Assembly: GCA_036172245.1 (NCBI GenBank)
Contig: JAYWIR010000003.1
Span: 1,116,001 to 1,180,000 of the forward strand
Source of the DNA: Raillietiella orientalis
Lineage: Eukaryota
Reading direction: 5' to 3'
Length of the DNA: 64,000 nucleotides
Made by a program: the position numbers and the translations under genes. Position 1 is the stretch's first letter; each line of letters opens with the position of its first letter. The notes beneath the pieces are model-generated. The model saw nothing but the letters and a program-made list of their open reading frames with translations, did no database searches and was not told where the DNA came from. This document shows, piece after piece, positions 33,981-46,424 of the stretch.

Positions 33981-35668
33981 TCCAATGTCGCTGCACTTCT
34001 TGGGTCTCCCACCGCAACCGCAATCAGGGCACCACCTTCCAAACGGTCGCGTCTCTACACCCTTGCGCACCAAGGGTAAGCATCATGTTCCACAGACATT
34101 CGGGTGTCCACGGGACCCCTCGGACACGATAAAAAGAAATCACCACGTCATCAGTGCGAACGCTGTGTCTCAGCGGATTCGCGTCTCCGGTCCAGGTGGA
34201 GAGGAACTTCGTCATCTCCGACTGCGATGCACTGCGAAGCTTCGCACTGGTCCGGAACGAGTGCAGCTTCCGCGTGCAGTCCCGGAGCGGACGAGCGCGG
34301 GACTGGAGGATGCACAAACGCCGTCTTCCTTCAGATCTGCCGTGAAGAAACGCACGCTGCTTAGTTACGCTCCTTGAAGGCAGACGGTTCGAGGAAACGC
34401 AGCCAAACGCGAGGCCCAAACTATGCCTTGGACTTACGCAAACGTGGGTGGCAGCATGTCTTTGGCGGAGCAGGCGAACTGCATCCAATCTCCGCGGGCT
34501 CCCAAACACAAGCAACGAGTCGAGCAGTACGAAGGTGCACCGTCTGCGCACACGCCTGCGGCGCCGAGACGTTCCGAACCGTAAAGAACGCTCAGCTCAA
34601 GAGCTGCACCTCCCACTGCCGCTTGCATTTCGTGAATGAAGCGATCGACTGTCGGATATCCTGCCGAAATCACTGAGTGGTCTTAGAGGGTGCCGACACG
34701 GAAGAGAATGCTTCAGGCGATGTCCAACTTCTTCCTCTCAAGCCACACCTGACGACACCGCAATCGCTTCCCTCTCTGCGTGAGGAAGTTGTCCCTTTTG
34801 CGCTTAGAGTAAGCCGCCGTTGCTTGACGATCGCTCGACAGAACGAACTTCTAGTTGGTGAGGTGATGGTTCCGTTTCTTTTCCGATTCCCGCCGCTCCC
34901 TATGCGCCTGACTCAACACATTGGGCTGACGTGTGGCAAGGGGGAAACCGAAAGCATGGCCGGTGCCTGCGGAAACGCCAACCGAGGTCTGCTGCAGCCG
35001 CTTCTTCGACGTCGTTCAGTAAGTAGAGCATGTTCTGGTTGCTCGCTTGACGAAGGAGGCTGCAGCAGTTGGATCGTCGTGCCCGGTTCTCGGAGGAAAT
35101 CCATGCCCACTAACCTAGAGGTGGACGGCAGGCGATCGTTGCAAGCGGTGCTGGAACCCGACCCGAATGCATCGTCCAGCGGGGTCGCCTCCTACAGCGA
35201 AGGCGTTTTCCCACCCTCTCTCAACTCCGGGACGCCTTCGAGTTGCCCAGCCAGGGGGAATGTTCCCTTGGGCAGGGAGACCTCTACGCGCGGCTCCCTT
35301 TGTAGGAGTGTGCGCATCCAAGTGGTGGTCCTGGCGGTGTTTGGTGTCGCACGTTCTTGCTGAGAACTCAGATGTGCTTAGATGCCCCTGTGCACAATGT
35401 CTTGTTCAGCAGATGCTGTCTTTCCTCCAAGGGTACGCGAAGCTGCTGCCACAACGGACGCTGCAATCGCCGTCGCTGTTGCGCGTATCGGCGGTGCTGC
35501 TCCCCTGGAAATAGACGCAGCGGCATACGCAGAAGACAAGCGAATACATTCCGCCGGTCTTTACTCGAAGCTGCTGCTCACCTTCACTTCACCTTCTGGT
35601 GTGGACGCTTCCTTTGACCAAAAATTTATTTTACTCTCTGTGATTACCCGTTCTTGCAGCCAGCACCG

Positions 35669-36022
35669 TCAAGCCCTCCACAGTTCGTACAATAGCATTG
35701 AAAGGTATATGATTTTTGCGTTTGCTAGGTATCTGTACTCGCGATCTGCAATTAGTGCACAGAGTTGTTGGACGAACCGTTCCATGTTTCGTTCGCTTCG
35801 TACATAAATTTGGAAGATTTGCCGCGCCTGGAAGATTCCAGCAGAATCAAGCCTGGACAGCATTCTTCTTGTCATTCCAGATATCATGTCCACTGGATGA
35901 TCTAAGTGGCCTTTACGCCAGAAGTTTTGAAACTCATAAGAAGAGAAACGTCGTCTGTTCTCAGGATATTCCAGTACTTCCATCAAGGCATTCAGGAACT
36001 CCACCGTGGTAACCGTGTTCAT
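35669..36022 (-). CDS. Divergent BAF-like protein, copy B (117 aa), intronless and intact
   Basis: SSYEFQNFWRKGHLDHPVDMISGMTRRMLSRLDSAGIFQARQIFQIYVRSERNMERFVQQL aligns without gaps to BAF 3-63 (S4, F10, P19, V20, G25, L34, G38, A42, F59, L63). About 37 of 116 positions are identical to copy A by hand count, with one 2-aa gap. Confidence 0.72.
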   Translation of the reverse strand: MNTVTTVEFLNALMEVLEYPENRRRFSSYEFQNFWRKGHLDHPVDMISGMTRRMLSRLDSAGIFQARQIFQIYVRSERNMERFVQQLCALIADREYRYLANAKIIYLSMLLYELWRA

Positions 36023-39000
36023 CTTCTTGTGAAATGGGAAAAGCAACGGGAAGTTTTTGGCGACGAAGACAGTCGCTGGATTTGTGTGGAAATGCTGCTA
36101 GGTGCCACTGGGGGAAATTCCCAGAAGACGAGGTGGAGGAGATGGCAGGAGAAAGAAGGACGGTGGAGGTTTAAGTATTCGGGGTGGCGTGCTTGTTGTC
36201 CAGGTTACGGATTGAGGTCCACCTCCGTGGAAGCGATCTCCATGGTACGAGATGATTGTCTTGTCGACGGGTTGCCGGTCATGCCGCGCAACCCACGCGG
36301 CCCTACCGGAGACCCAAAGGGTTCCTGCTCGATAATGGTTCTGTTTTTTTCTGTTTAGCATGATGATCAGCTCGCGGCAGTGGCCTGATTGCGCGTGCAG
36401 CGCCATCCGCACCGACGCCACCTTCTCGACCACTGAGCTCACCGAATCTTGCCCGAAAACACCAACCGGGATCCCAGTCACGCACGAGTGCAATTGCGGA
36501 AAAGGGGGAGCGGGAGCTATAGGCGAGCTATGCTCCTGTCTGACACCGAAGGCTGCGTATCTACGTAATGGCATATCCCGGCCAAAGGCAAGGTCACGCA
36601 AGCATTGAGCATCGTGCAGAGCTCCGTGGACGGTTCGAATGGCAGAAAGGATTGTCCATTCGAATGGCGTCCCATGGCGGAGCGTTCGCTCCTAAGTGGT
36701 CCGAGCATGCACGAGAGGTAAGGAGTCTTCGGATGTTGCGGGATTCGATGATAATAAAACGGATGTTAATCACGGAAGGGGTTTACAGTCTTTGCGTCAT
36801 CATCTCTTCTATAGGATTGGTGTCACCTCTTGTTGTGCATGCTGACGGCAATTTGGTTGGTGAGATTACTAAGGCTATATGAAGTTGAAACCAGCAAGAT
36901 TAATGATATACTTCATTCGTGTGAATTTGATGTTTTCAGAGTGGAATCGAAACTGAAAGATATATATTCTTTATTTCGTTATATAGGTTTTGTTTTACTA
37001 ATTCTCTTTTGACCCCCAATGTCATTTATACATTTGGTTTTTCAGGAATTCTTTCCAAGTTATTGGATTTTCGCGGTTGCCGTATTGAAGGCAATCCATC
37101 TTGGTGATTATGATTTTCAGGAATGAAGTACAGATTATAATTTCATTGCTTGGTTTTCAAAATTTTGGAATTCTCCTCTTGGTGGATAGCAGGACACGTG
37201 TGCGATCCCCGCTCTTCCCAATGGAAACGCGAGTAATGGAACAGATGTTACCATGTAAAATTAAGGCTGGGTTGTGTAATTGAGGGTGAATAAAATAAGT
37301 AACGTTGGGATATGTAGAGAAATTTTGTTCACGAAGGTTTGAAGTTATTCAAGTTTTGGAGCAGAGAACTTTATGACCTGCTGTTGTAGCTGTGATGGAG
37401 GTCGACTGTTTACGGTTTGTTGGGAGTGACGTGCCCGGAGGGCGCATCCGGAAAACGGTTTCGGTTGCGAGCCCAAGTTTCTGTGGCATCTGTAAAAAAA
37501 AAGAAAAGGAAAATGGACCTGAGAAACGGATAGGTCGCGAGTTTTACTTGATTTAGTGTTGATGATTTCTGTAGTGGATTGGTTGAAACAAGAGCATTCG
37601 CGAGATTCATTCAGCACATACAGATCGTACTTTTATCGAAAAGTAAGCTACAGTAATAGGAAGTAGGAAGGTAGATTTTTTCGAATTATTTCAAGTAGCA
37701 CGACAGCCAGGTTGAGTGTATTGTTTGCATCATGTAGTTTTAGCCAAGGGGTACATGCAAGTAATAGAATTGGGTGCCTTTGTCAGTGATGCTGCATAGG
37801 TTTGTACCGTGAGAGCACATTTTTTATGAGGTTGCAGTTGTGTGAATGAACAGAGACAATCTGTTTAGTAAGAGGTGGGATGAATGCAGTTTCGTACCAT
37901 GAAAGCATTGATTGTGTGTTCTTTAGTGTGTCACACAAATTATGATCAGTTCTGATTGGAGTTGTGTAATAGGTCAGTTTGGAGTTTTATTATTTTTACC
38001 CGTTTGGCCAAAGAAGGGTACAGAGTGTTTGTTTATAGAGTATTGACTTGTGGATCTGTTGTGGTGGAGGAAAGATCTAACTGGCTGTCAAGGTTGGATT
38101 TGAGAGGAAAACAAGGTTTATGAGCGTTATAATTTTGAGAAGCTAGTGGGTATTAAGTAATGCACATTGCAGAGCATCGATGATTATTAGAAATGCATGG
38201 ATATTATTTATTTCCCTGTTATTGTAGTCTTTCATTTTGATTAGGGCGAATACAGAACTTTGGTTATTGGTTTATTCTGCTGCAGCCACAGCATATGCGA
38301 AGTACATACCAACTGCATCACATAGATCCATAAAATACTATTTAGTGTTTCCATTGTGCCCTTCAGAAAATTCACAAATGTAGAAATTCTTGCATTCACA
38401 AAATTATGTTTGCCTTGAACTTTAAAAATGTACGTTTCCAAATTCATTTGAGCCTCCAGAAAGGCATTAAATGTATAATACAAAGCATAAAAAGCACTTA
38501 AACTGTTGTGGAAATAAGATGCATCGTTTAAATTTATCTGCAAAGATATCGTAATTTTTTTCACGCTGAAAAAATTGTTGAACTAATCTAATCACATACA
38601 TTTCCTAATTTTGTATTTTATGTGCCACTTGCATGTATACCAGATGTGCAGGCCACTGTATTAACTTGAAAATTTTCTTAACTACACAAACTTTACAACT
38701 GACTTTATTTGGATAGCAGAAGGCTGGACATTTTTGAATTCTGATATCTCCAACAATTTTACATTATCTTTATAAGTATTCAGAAACAGCAATTTGTTTT
38801 TGATGGAAATGAAAAATGTTAGTCTTGCTAATATGGTGATAGTGACTTATTGTCAAAATATAATCCCAATGGAGTGACAAACTTTGATGGAGAAGCACAT
38901 TCATATGAAGTTGTTATCGTCAATGTTTGCTCTAACATGTTCTTTGGAATCCAGTAATCACAGGATTCCAATACTGAAAATACATCCTTCTTGCTGGTCT

Positions 39001-39088
39001 TTGCTAATCAGCATATACTTTCAATGAAGTATTATTTAGGATCCTTGGACACTTAAGGCATACAAGAGTAAGCCAAAAAATCCACCAG

Positions 39089-41721
39089 TCATGTTTGATC
39101 TTCTTGAACCATTTGAGCAATTATCTTTCTTCGTTCTTCAGCTTGACGTAACTGTCGTAACACTAGACTTTCATAATCATCTGCCATCTACAAACATAAC
39201 TTCAAATGATGCACCACTATAGCACTGCATACATGCATGCTCTGTAGTACTTTCTTTAAGTACTTGCAAGCATGAGATTATTGGTAGTAGTATAATGAAA
39301 TGGGTGTTTCAAACAAGGAATAAGAAATAGAAATATGAATGCAGTGAAAAAATTAATGACAAATGTGAGCAAAAACTTCATGAGGAAATGCAACTCCAAA
39401 TATTACATCAACACTTGGAAATCAACACCAAAGTTTGCAATAACGTTTTCAAGAAAAAGAAACAAAGCATGAAAAAACTAAAACAAACTGTGGTGAAAAC
39501 TGCAAACAAAAGTTAAAACCCAAGAATCTTCATTTACAATCAAAGGAGAAAAAAAGAGAATACTTTTGTAAACTACAACTTTTCCTGAGAATGTATCAAG
39601 ATACATTTTTGTTTGCAATCTCCTTAAGTTACATACAATACATGTGAGTGATAAAAACATACAAACATACATATGCAGTTCTTTTTATAAATTCTTTAAT
39701 TCATTGTAAATAAAAAACAGAATTCTGGAGAAAAAAATGAATGAGAGAAGCAAATGGTTTAAGAGAGCTTGCTACTGCAAACAGAAAACAAAAAAGTGAT
39801 AAGACTCACAATACAGCTGAACAAATACAAACAAACCAAAGATAAACTTTGCCACAAAAATTAAGTTTTTATCACACAAAATATCAGGGTGAACAGAACA
39901 GCTCACAATCAGAATAAAGGTTTGAAGTAACAATAAAAGTTCAATTGACCAATTCCATTATTGAAATGCCCTTACTGTTTGTTCATTTGAAAAATCATAC
40001 TCTGAGCTTTTGCAAAAAAAGAGAAGCATACCTTAAAGTTAGATCTTTGGGAGTTAATCTCTTGTTTTCTCTCTTGATCACCAAACCAGGTAATATTCAG
40101 TGGATTGCTTGAGAATCCCTTTTCCAATTTGCTTGCTACTTCCTATACATGAATAAATTCTCTGCCTTTTAAATGAGAACTTACAGCTGCACTAGGTGTA
40201 CTAAATTCCAACATGGCTGAGCCTTTTCGAGAAGACACCACCAGAATGTCAATAACTCCATACTATTACAATGATTGGAATTTAAAAAAAATTGCAAACT
40301 GTATGCTACAACTGTATTTACTTTGCTGAATATATCTTTGAGTACATCCTCTGTGTATGCTGGGGCTTTATTTTTGTGCCAACGCATGCGTAATCTGTTG
40401 GTTGGTTCAGTTGACTTCAGCTGCTGTTCTTCCTGTATAAGCTTTCTGATTGCTTCTTGTTCTTTCATCAAATGCCGAGCACCTTCTTTCCTCAGTCTTT
40501 CTATCTCAGCCTAAAATAGGATTTTTGTAAAAAAAAAAAAAAATTATTTCCAAACTGTAATTTCACAGGAATGCCATATAATGAAGCATCAATCCCTAAA
40601 TCAGGAAGATTGAAATCAATAAGATTTGATTTTTTACAAAGTTTCAATTTTTCCAATTCAGAATCCTCACAATCCATGAAGTATTCCATACATTTGTATG
40701 CAAAAAATATGTGCATAACACTCAAATATTGAAACATTTGTGCATGAAACATTAATTCTACACATAACAAAGTTTATCATTTCTACAGATATTCCCTAAG
40801 CACAAATGTGACATTAGACCTAAGTTGAGGCATTTAAGCATGTAAGACAGAAACAGAAGTTTTTTATTGTGAATTCCATTAAACTTCACCTTCATCATAA
40901 AGAGGGAATGTAAACAATGAAATCCATGAAATTTAAAATAATCAATCAAAATATATAGAAACTAAATTTATAATTTTATCGGTTCTTCAATTTCTGTCTC
41001 TTTTCGTATATTTATTTCAATCTCTATGTATCTGACGTCATTAGGTTTTTTTCACAAAACAGAAAATTTTCAGCTTAAAAGAAAATTAGATATAAATCAC
41101 TGCTAACTTTGTACTCGAAAATTGTCATCAAAAACATGCTATTTAGCTAACCTTGAGTTTCATCTCTGCTTCAAACGAAGGATCAATGTCACCTGACTGT
41201 GCAGCACGCTCTCTTGCTTCTAAATCATCCTTAAATTTCCTTCTCTTAGAATCAAGTTGTCGGTGCCTAATTTCAGCTTCTTTTTTTGCCTTAAGGGTTT
41301 TATCATACAGTGCCTATGTTCATAAAATCATCTTAGGAACTTGAAATCTTAGGAATTCAAATTACAGATCTACTGAAAACTTACACATTTTTAGAAGGAT
41401 AAAAACAAAAGGTAGGTACTCTATGAAAAGATAATGCAGGAAAACTCAGAATGAATACCTTGGTAACTTTGTTCAGCAACAACTCTAGGGCAGCAGACAA
41501 CTTGTGAAATTCTTCAGCTGCCAATGGGTTATTTGGATTTTTATCTGGGTGACACTTCAAGGCTTTCTTTCTGTATGCTGATTTGATCTTATTCCACAGT
41601 ATACAAGTTTCAAACAAAAATAACGAAATACCTCTGCATCGTCCGCATCCAACTTTATTTCTAGAAGGTCATATAAATCTATTTTCATTATTGCCGGATC
41701 TATTTTGAATTTTTCTCCCAT
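39089..41721 (-). CDS. DNAJC17: DnaJ homolog subfamily C member 17 (J domain and RRM), multi-exon
   Basis: ATG at 41721; [51 protein letters not shown]; terminal exon [23 protein letters not shown]..stop at 39089-39091. GT-AG introns (e.g. 41588-41631). Confidence 0.92.
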
Positions 41722-44429
41722 CTCTGAAAATCTTGAAATTCTAGGCTTGTTGAAAATGGGAATTATTCAAACAATAAATATTACGCTGAAATGAATTCGG
41801 TTAAATATACTTCTCAAATTTCAAATACCTAAATTGGTTACAAGAATCTCTAGTGGAGTCAGTAATACACTGCTTGGATATGAAACATAAATTTGTCACT
41901 AATGTGACATATTTCACCTCATAACTTCAATTTACTACACAAATGCATATCTGACTTTGCAATCAAATCCCCTCATGTTTAAGAACCTTACAAAACAATT
42001 CCGGGTGGCTAACGAGATGGGATATGGGGAAGTGCATTAGTGTTTTTTAGAAAGATGCTTTCGATTATACTCGATTTTGAGGTTGCAGATAAAAAAAAGA
42101 AAAACCAAGCAAGCATCCCACAGAAACATTTTTCTTTTTTATTTTTTGGTACATAAAGGCAACTTTTACACAAAATCACTGATAACAACAGCAGCAAGCT
42201 AATACGTTAAACTTGGTAAATGAATTTTTTGTTTAATTAATTTCTCTTGTAATCAGCCAACGCTAGATCAAATTTCCTGATTATGAAAAATTTGTGATAA
42301 TCGTGAAAATGAATATCGTCTAAAACATCAAGTTTAATAAGAGTTAAATTGAAGATTCAATGTTCTTCACAACTGATTCCCAAATATAAGATAATGCACA
42401 AATCACCGACATGCGAAATCCACCCGCTCAAGAAACAACTGCAGAAATACCGGATGACGAGACTTAATGCAAATTTAATTTCCTTTTTTAAATTTGTTTT
42501 TTCAATTTAAGATTTTGAAACTTGGCAAATTAATTTTTAAAAAAAACACTGAAATGCTAAATGAAAATTTAATGGAAACATTTTCTTGGCAGATCATGCT
42601 ATTGTCCAGCATAAGTACAAATAGCGAAATAAAAGAGTTGCACGACAATTTTTCCGATAGCGTGAAATGTGTCCCTCATCTAGTCCCTCGATTTGTTGTG
42701 TACATTTATGGCTTTAATTCTCATTGATATTAATACATGTTGGTCAATGAAAGTAGAGTTATCTGGAATCGATTGTGCACCAGAGGTACTTTGAATATGA
42801 ATAGAAAATGATGGAAAGAACCTACTCGTATACGTTCCTCCCATACCTTGTACCAGATCGATTTGGGAGAGGCTCATCTCCGTTTATAGATTTTGGAATT
42901 TTCTCCTTTTATACAGATTGCGATTCTAATGTTATTTCGATAGTAAATAAGGAAGATACAATTTTATTCATTAATGAATAAAACTACATGGTAAACACAG
43001 AATGCTGATACAGCCTTCTAAGGCTATGTGCTCGTTGGTATTGAGCTGTTTAGTTAAACAATAACCTCGTGAAGCTCACTTCAACTTTTGGGAAATCCTC
43101 TTCTAATCTGGCTTTATTTCCTAAATAATTGAGTTTTTTAATTGAAAGTCAGAACAAAATGCATGCAATGTATTCTGTTTCATTTGCATTTACTTTATGT
43201 GGAATAGCTAATGTTCTTTATCCAATTATTCTCAGGTATCTGAACCCATTAGTTTTCTTCATGTTTCTGAAAATTTATCCCTGTTTACTTTTATATTAAG
43301 CTTTGCACGTTTATTAGATAATCGCAGAACTACTTTATCCAAAAAGTGTGTGCGTGTTGTTGTTTTGAAGCATATGGTGCTTCATTTAGAACATTCAGAA
43401 AGCAATAATTTGGTGATTTATTTTTAGTTGGCATTTTAGTCGATCTGATTATACATGGGAAAGCTTGTTGAGAGGAAACATTATCATTTGACAAATTCAG
43501 GAAATGAAACTCAGAATGGGTGGACTATCAAGGTTTTTCTTTCATATGCAGATATGAACTTGCTTTTCGTTGAAGTTGTACATGGTCTTTTTCCCAGGAT
43601 CTCCTGAAGCTTTGCTTTCAATTTACCTTGAACCTTTGAGATGAATATGGTGTATGCTTTTAAATCAAATGAATTGCTTCCACAGATATAACATTTTTTT
43701 TTTTTTAAAAAAAAAAAAAAATCACAATGAGGATGTAAAAAAGTTACTGGCAAAATGCCAGCAACCGGTTTGTATACTCACGAGTGAAAAGCTCGAGCAA
43801 TAGCGTTCAAGTCATCAGGAAGCTGTCGTTCGCAAAATGTAGTAATTATACGAGGTCGGTGACCTATCAGATCTTGAAATGAGCCCCCAGTGGATGGCAA
43901 TGAACGAAAATGCTACTATTCTTTTTCAGAAGAGTGATGTGGATGTTTTCGATTTGAATTTGCCCTCACAGAGACTCAGGTCTTGTTATCGTTGCGTTGT
44001 GTTAGAGTGAGAAAAAGATTCATTTGGAGTGAGTTCCCAGCGACCAGATAAAAAATTTGATTTCTCTCGTGTTATTCAGTTTTCTTAAGAGTTTTGCGTG
44101 CAACCATATTTAAAGCTGAGGTGGATGCTGAAGGAGTCACACGGGGATGTGGTACGTACAGTATGCGTATGGAATGAATGGTGAAAACCTTGCTTTCGTA
44201 TGTAAGAACTGTATTAGTGGGAAGCTTTTGAAAGCTGAGAAAATCAACCCGTTCCCATTAGTTACCCCAGTTCGTGCTTGTGGAAGCTTGAAAGGTCGAA
44301 GTAGAATGAACTCTAGGTTCATTGTCCAGGTTTTTAGCAGGAACTGAATTTGTGGTAGGGCTCGAAAATTGGAAAGAAGGGGGAGGGTGTCTCTCGAGCT
44401 ACTGTCATCCTAGTGATACCCGTAGAGCA

Positions 44430-44850
44430 CAGACTGGCAGCGGATTCACGTTTTTAAAAAGGGCTGCCTCCTCCCTATGACCTCCTCCTCCTTGCAGGAA
44501 GGCAAGCCGAAATGGCTGGCTGCGGGATGCTGCTGCTGCAGGGACCCCTCCGTGGTATGCTCGCCGCCGTGAATGACGATAACGATCGTGTCAGGCCCGG
44601 GAGCAATCCTTTGTTTCCTTGCTGGCGCGCGCCGCCGTCCAGCAGACTGGAGGGCTCCCATTGCCCGTGCACTTCTCAGCTGTTCAGTGCCTCCGCGGGT
44701 GCCGCCGCGCGGCTCCGCGGGTGCACTTCGCGGGCGGAACGAAAGTGTCTTCGGCAAGAGTTCGCTGGCGCGGTGTCCCACTTGCCGTCCGAAGCCCTTC
44801 GGGCAGCTGCGGGGGGAAGCCGATGCAATCACTGCCGTAAATAAACAACG
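44430..44850. other. Isolated ~400-bp GC-rich island in AT-rich intergenic DNA; identity unknown
   Basis: Abrupt GC/CpG enrichment with short hairpins (agccgaaatggct, ccgaagcccttcgg); no recognisable protein motif. Confidence 0.55.
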
Positions 44851-46424
44851 ACGAAGTGTGCTCCCAGAACAGGTGTTTGAAAGTGAGGCCAAAAAATTGC
44901 ATCTACCGAATCTTCTCGTTACGTCAGTTGGGGAAAAAAAAAAACAAAAAACAAAAAAATTAGAGAGGAGTTGTTTAGGTTGTGGCGTGCACACAGAAGA
45001 TGATAGTTAGTGGACCCGTGTCACCGTTCCTAGTTCCGTGGTTTCATTCAAGAGTTCACCGAATCCGTGGGAAATTAGGTCAACAAATGTTTCCGCCTGT
45101 AAACAAAACGAGCCGTTTAAAGGTAAGACCACGTAAATTACGGAATGAAGTTTGGTTATGTTCCGTTTCCTATAGTAAAAGACGCAGATAGTCAAAAAAT
45201 TTTATTATGCCGTGATTTATAAATTTACATTAAAATAGTCTTCGATGTCTTCACACTTTAGGTTAGGGACATTCTCGGCATATTGTAAGTTGGTATGCCA
45301 TCTTGCAATGTGTTATATTTGATCTGCTATCCAACAAAGTTAATGATTTTTGATCCGTTTCCGGTGAATTTTTAATGTTAATCCGATTAAGACTCAGCAG
45401 TTCACCTTGTATTTATCTCAAGAAAGTGATTACTTTGAACGTGCATTCTACACTTCTTATTTTAACTATAGTAATGAATCACCCTTGGAGAATGGCGAAT
45501 ACCTTGAAAGTTGTATCTGTTTTCGTTTAATTTTGATTTGCAGTAAACAGTCTTGAATGCCATCCTGCACCGTGAATTGTACTTTTCGAACTTGCATATA
45601 TTTTTTTTGTACTATGTAAATAAATTATGCCAATATATTATTGAATTATGTGTAAGGAACCTCTTCAAACTTTAGTTTTACTAGCCAACTTTTTAAATGT
45701 TTCAATGTCTAAGGCTTCTAATAAAAATTTGAATGATATACATAAAAAATGTGATTTTGGGGGTAATCATTCAAATTACTGATGCTAAGGGCAAACCTGG
45801 AAAAAGTTGAAAATATTAGAGCATTAGCAAGAGAACTGCAATTTTGCTGTCATCCGAAGTTTCAAAACAGTTACCGACCTGTATGTTTTTTTGGATGAGT
45901 AGACCAAAGGTCTTTAAAGCTTTCTCAAATCATTGTTGAGAAATCGTTTCCACTGCAATCTTAATGAATTCAGAAACTTCTGAATTCTCATTAAGATTTC
46001 ATTACTCTTAAGCATCTCTATTGTAACTGCATCGCATTTTTGAAAGAAAACATGTATAGGGAGAAATAAAGTTCAGCTTGGGAAACCAATTAGTTATGGT
46101 TGAGAAATTGTGGCATTAGAATAAATTTTGGTGCAAATTCCAATATTGGTACATACATGCACCTATAGACAGATAGCTTCTTAGTGCAATCCATGACTAC
46201 AACACATGACATCAGCAAAGTATAGGATAGCTGTACACATGAAGTACAAGGGTGTAAATACCAGAAGTTTGCATTGCTCTTTGGTAAGTGAATTCTCAAG
46301 AAGTGAAGAATGAGACCTCAATTAACTAAATTCATAGCTGGTAACAAAGCAGTTCCAAGAAGCTAACTGAGTTATTCAAGAGAGATTTATCAGAAAATTA
46401 TGTATTGTTGGCCTAAAAAATGTA

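Noticed and set aside
36720..38250. Possible degraded coding or TE relic in the GC-to-AT transition zone
   Set aside because: The frames I read are interrupted by many stops and I found no recognisable motif.
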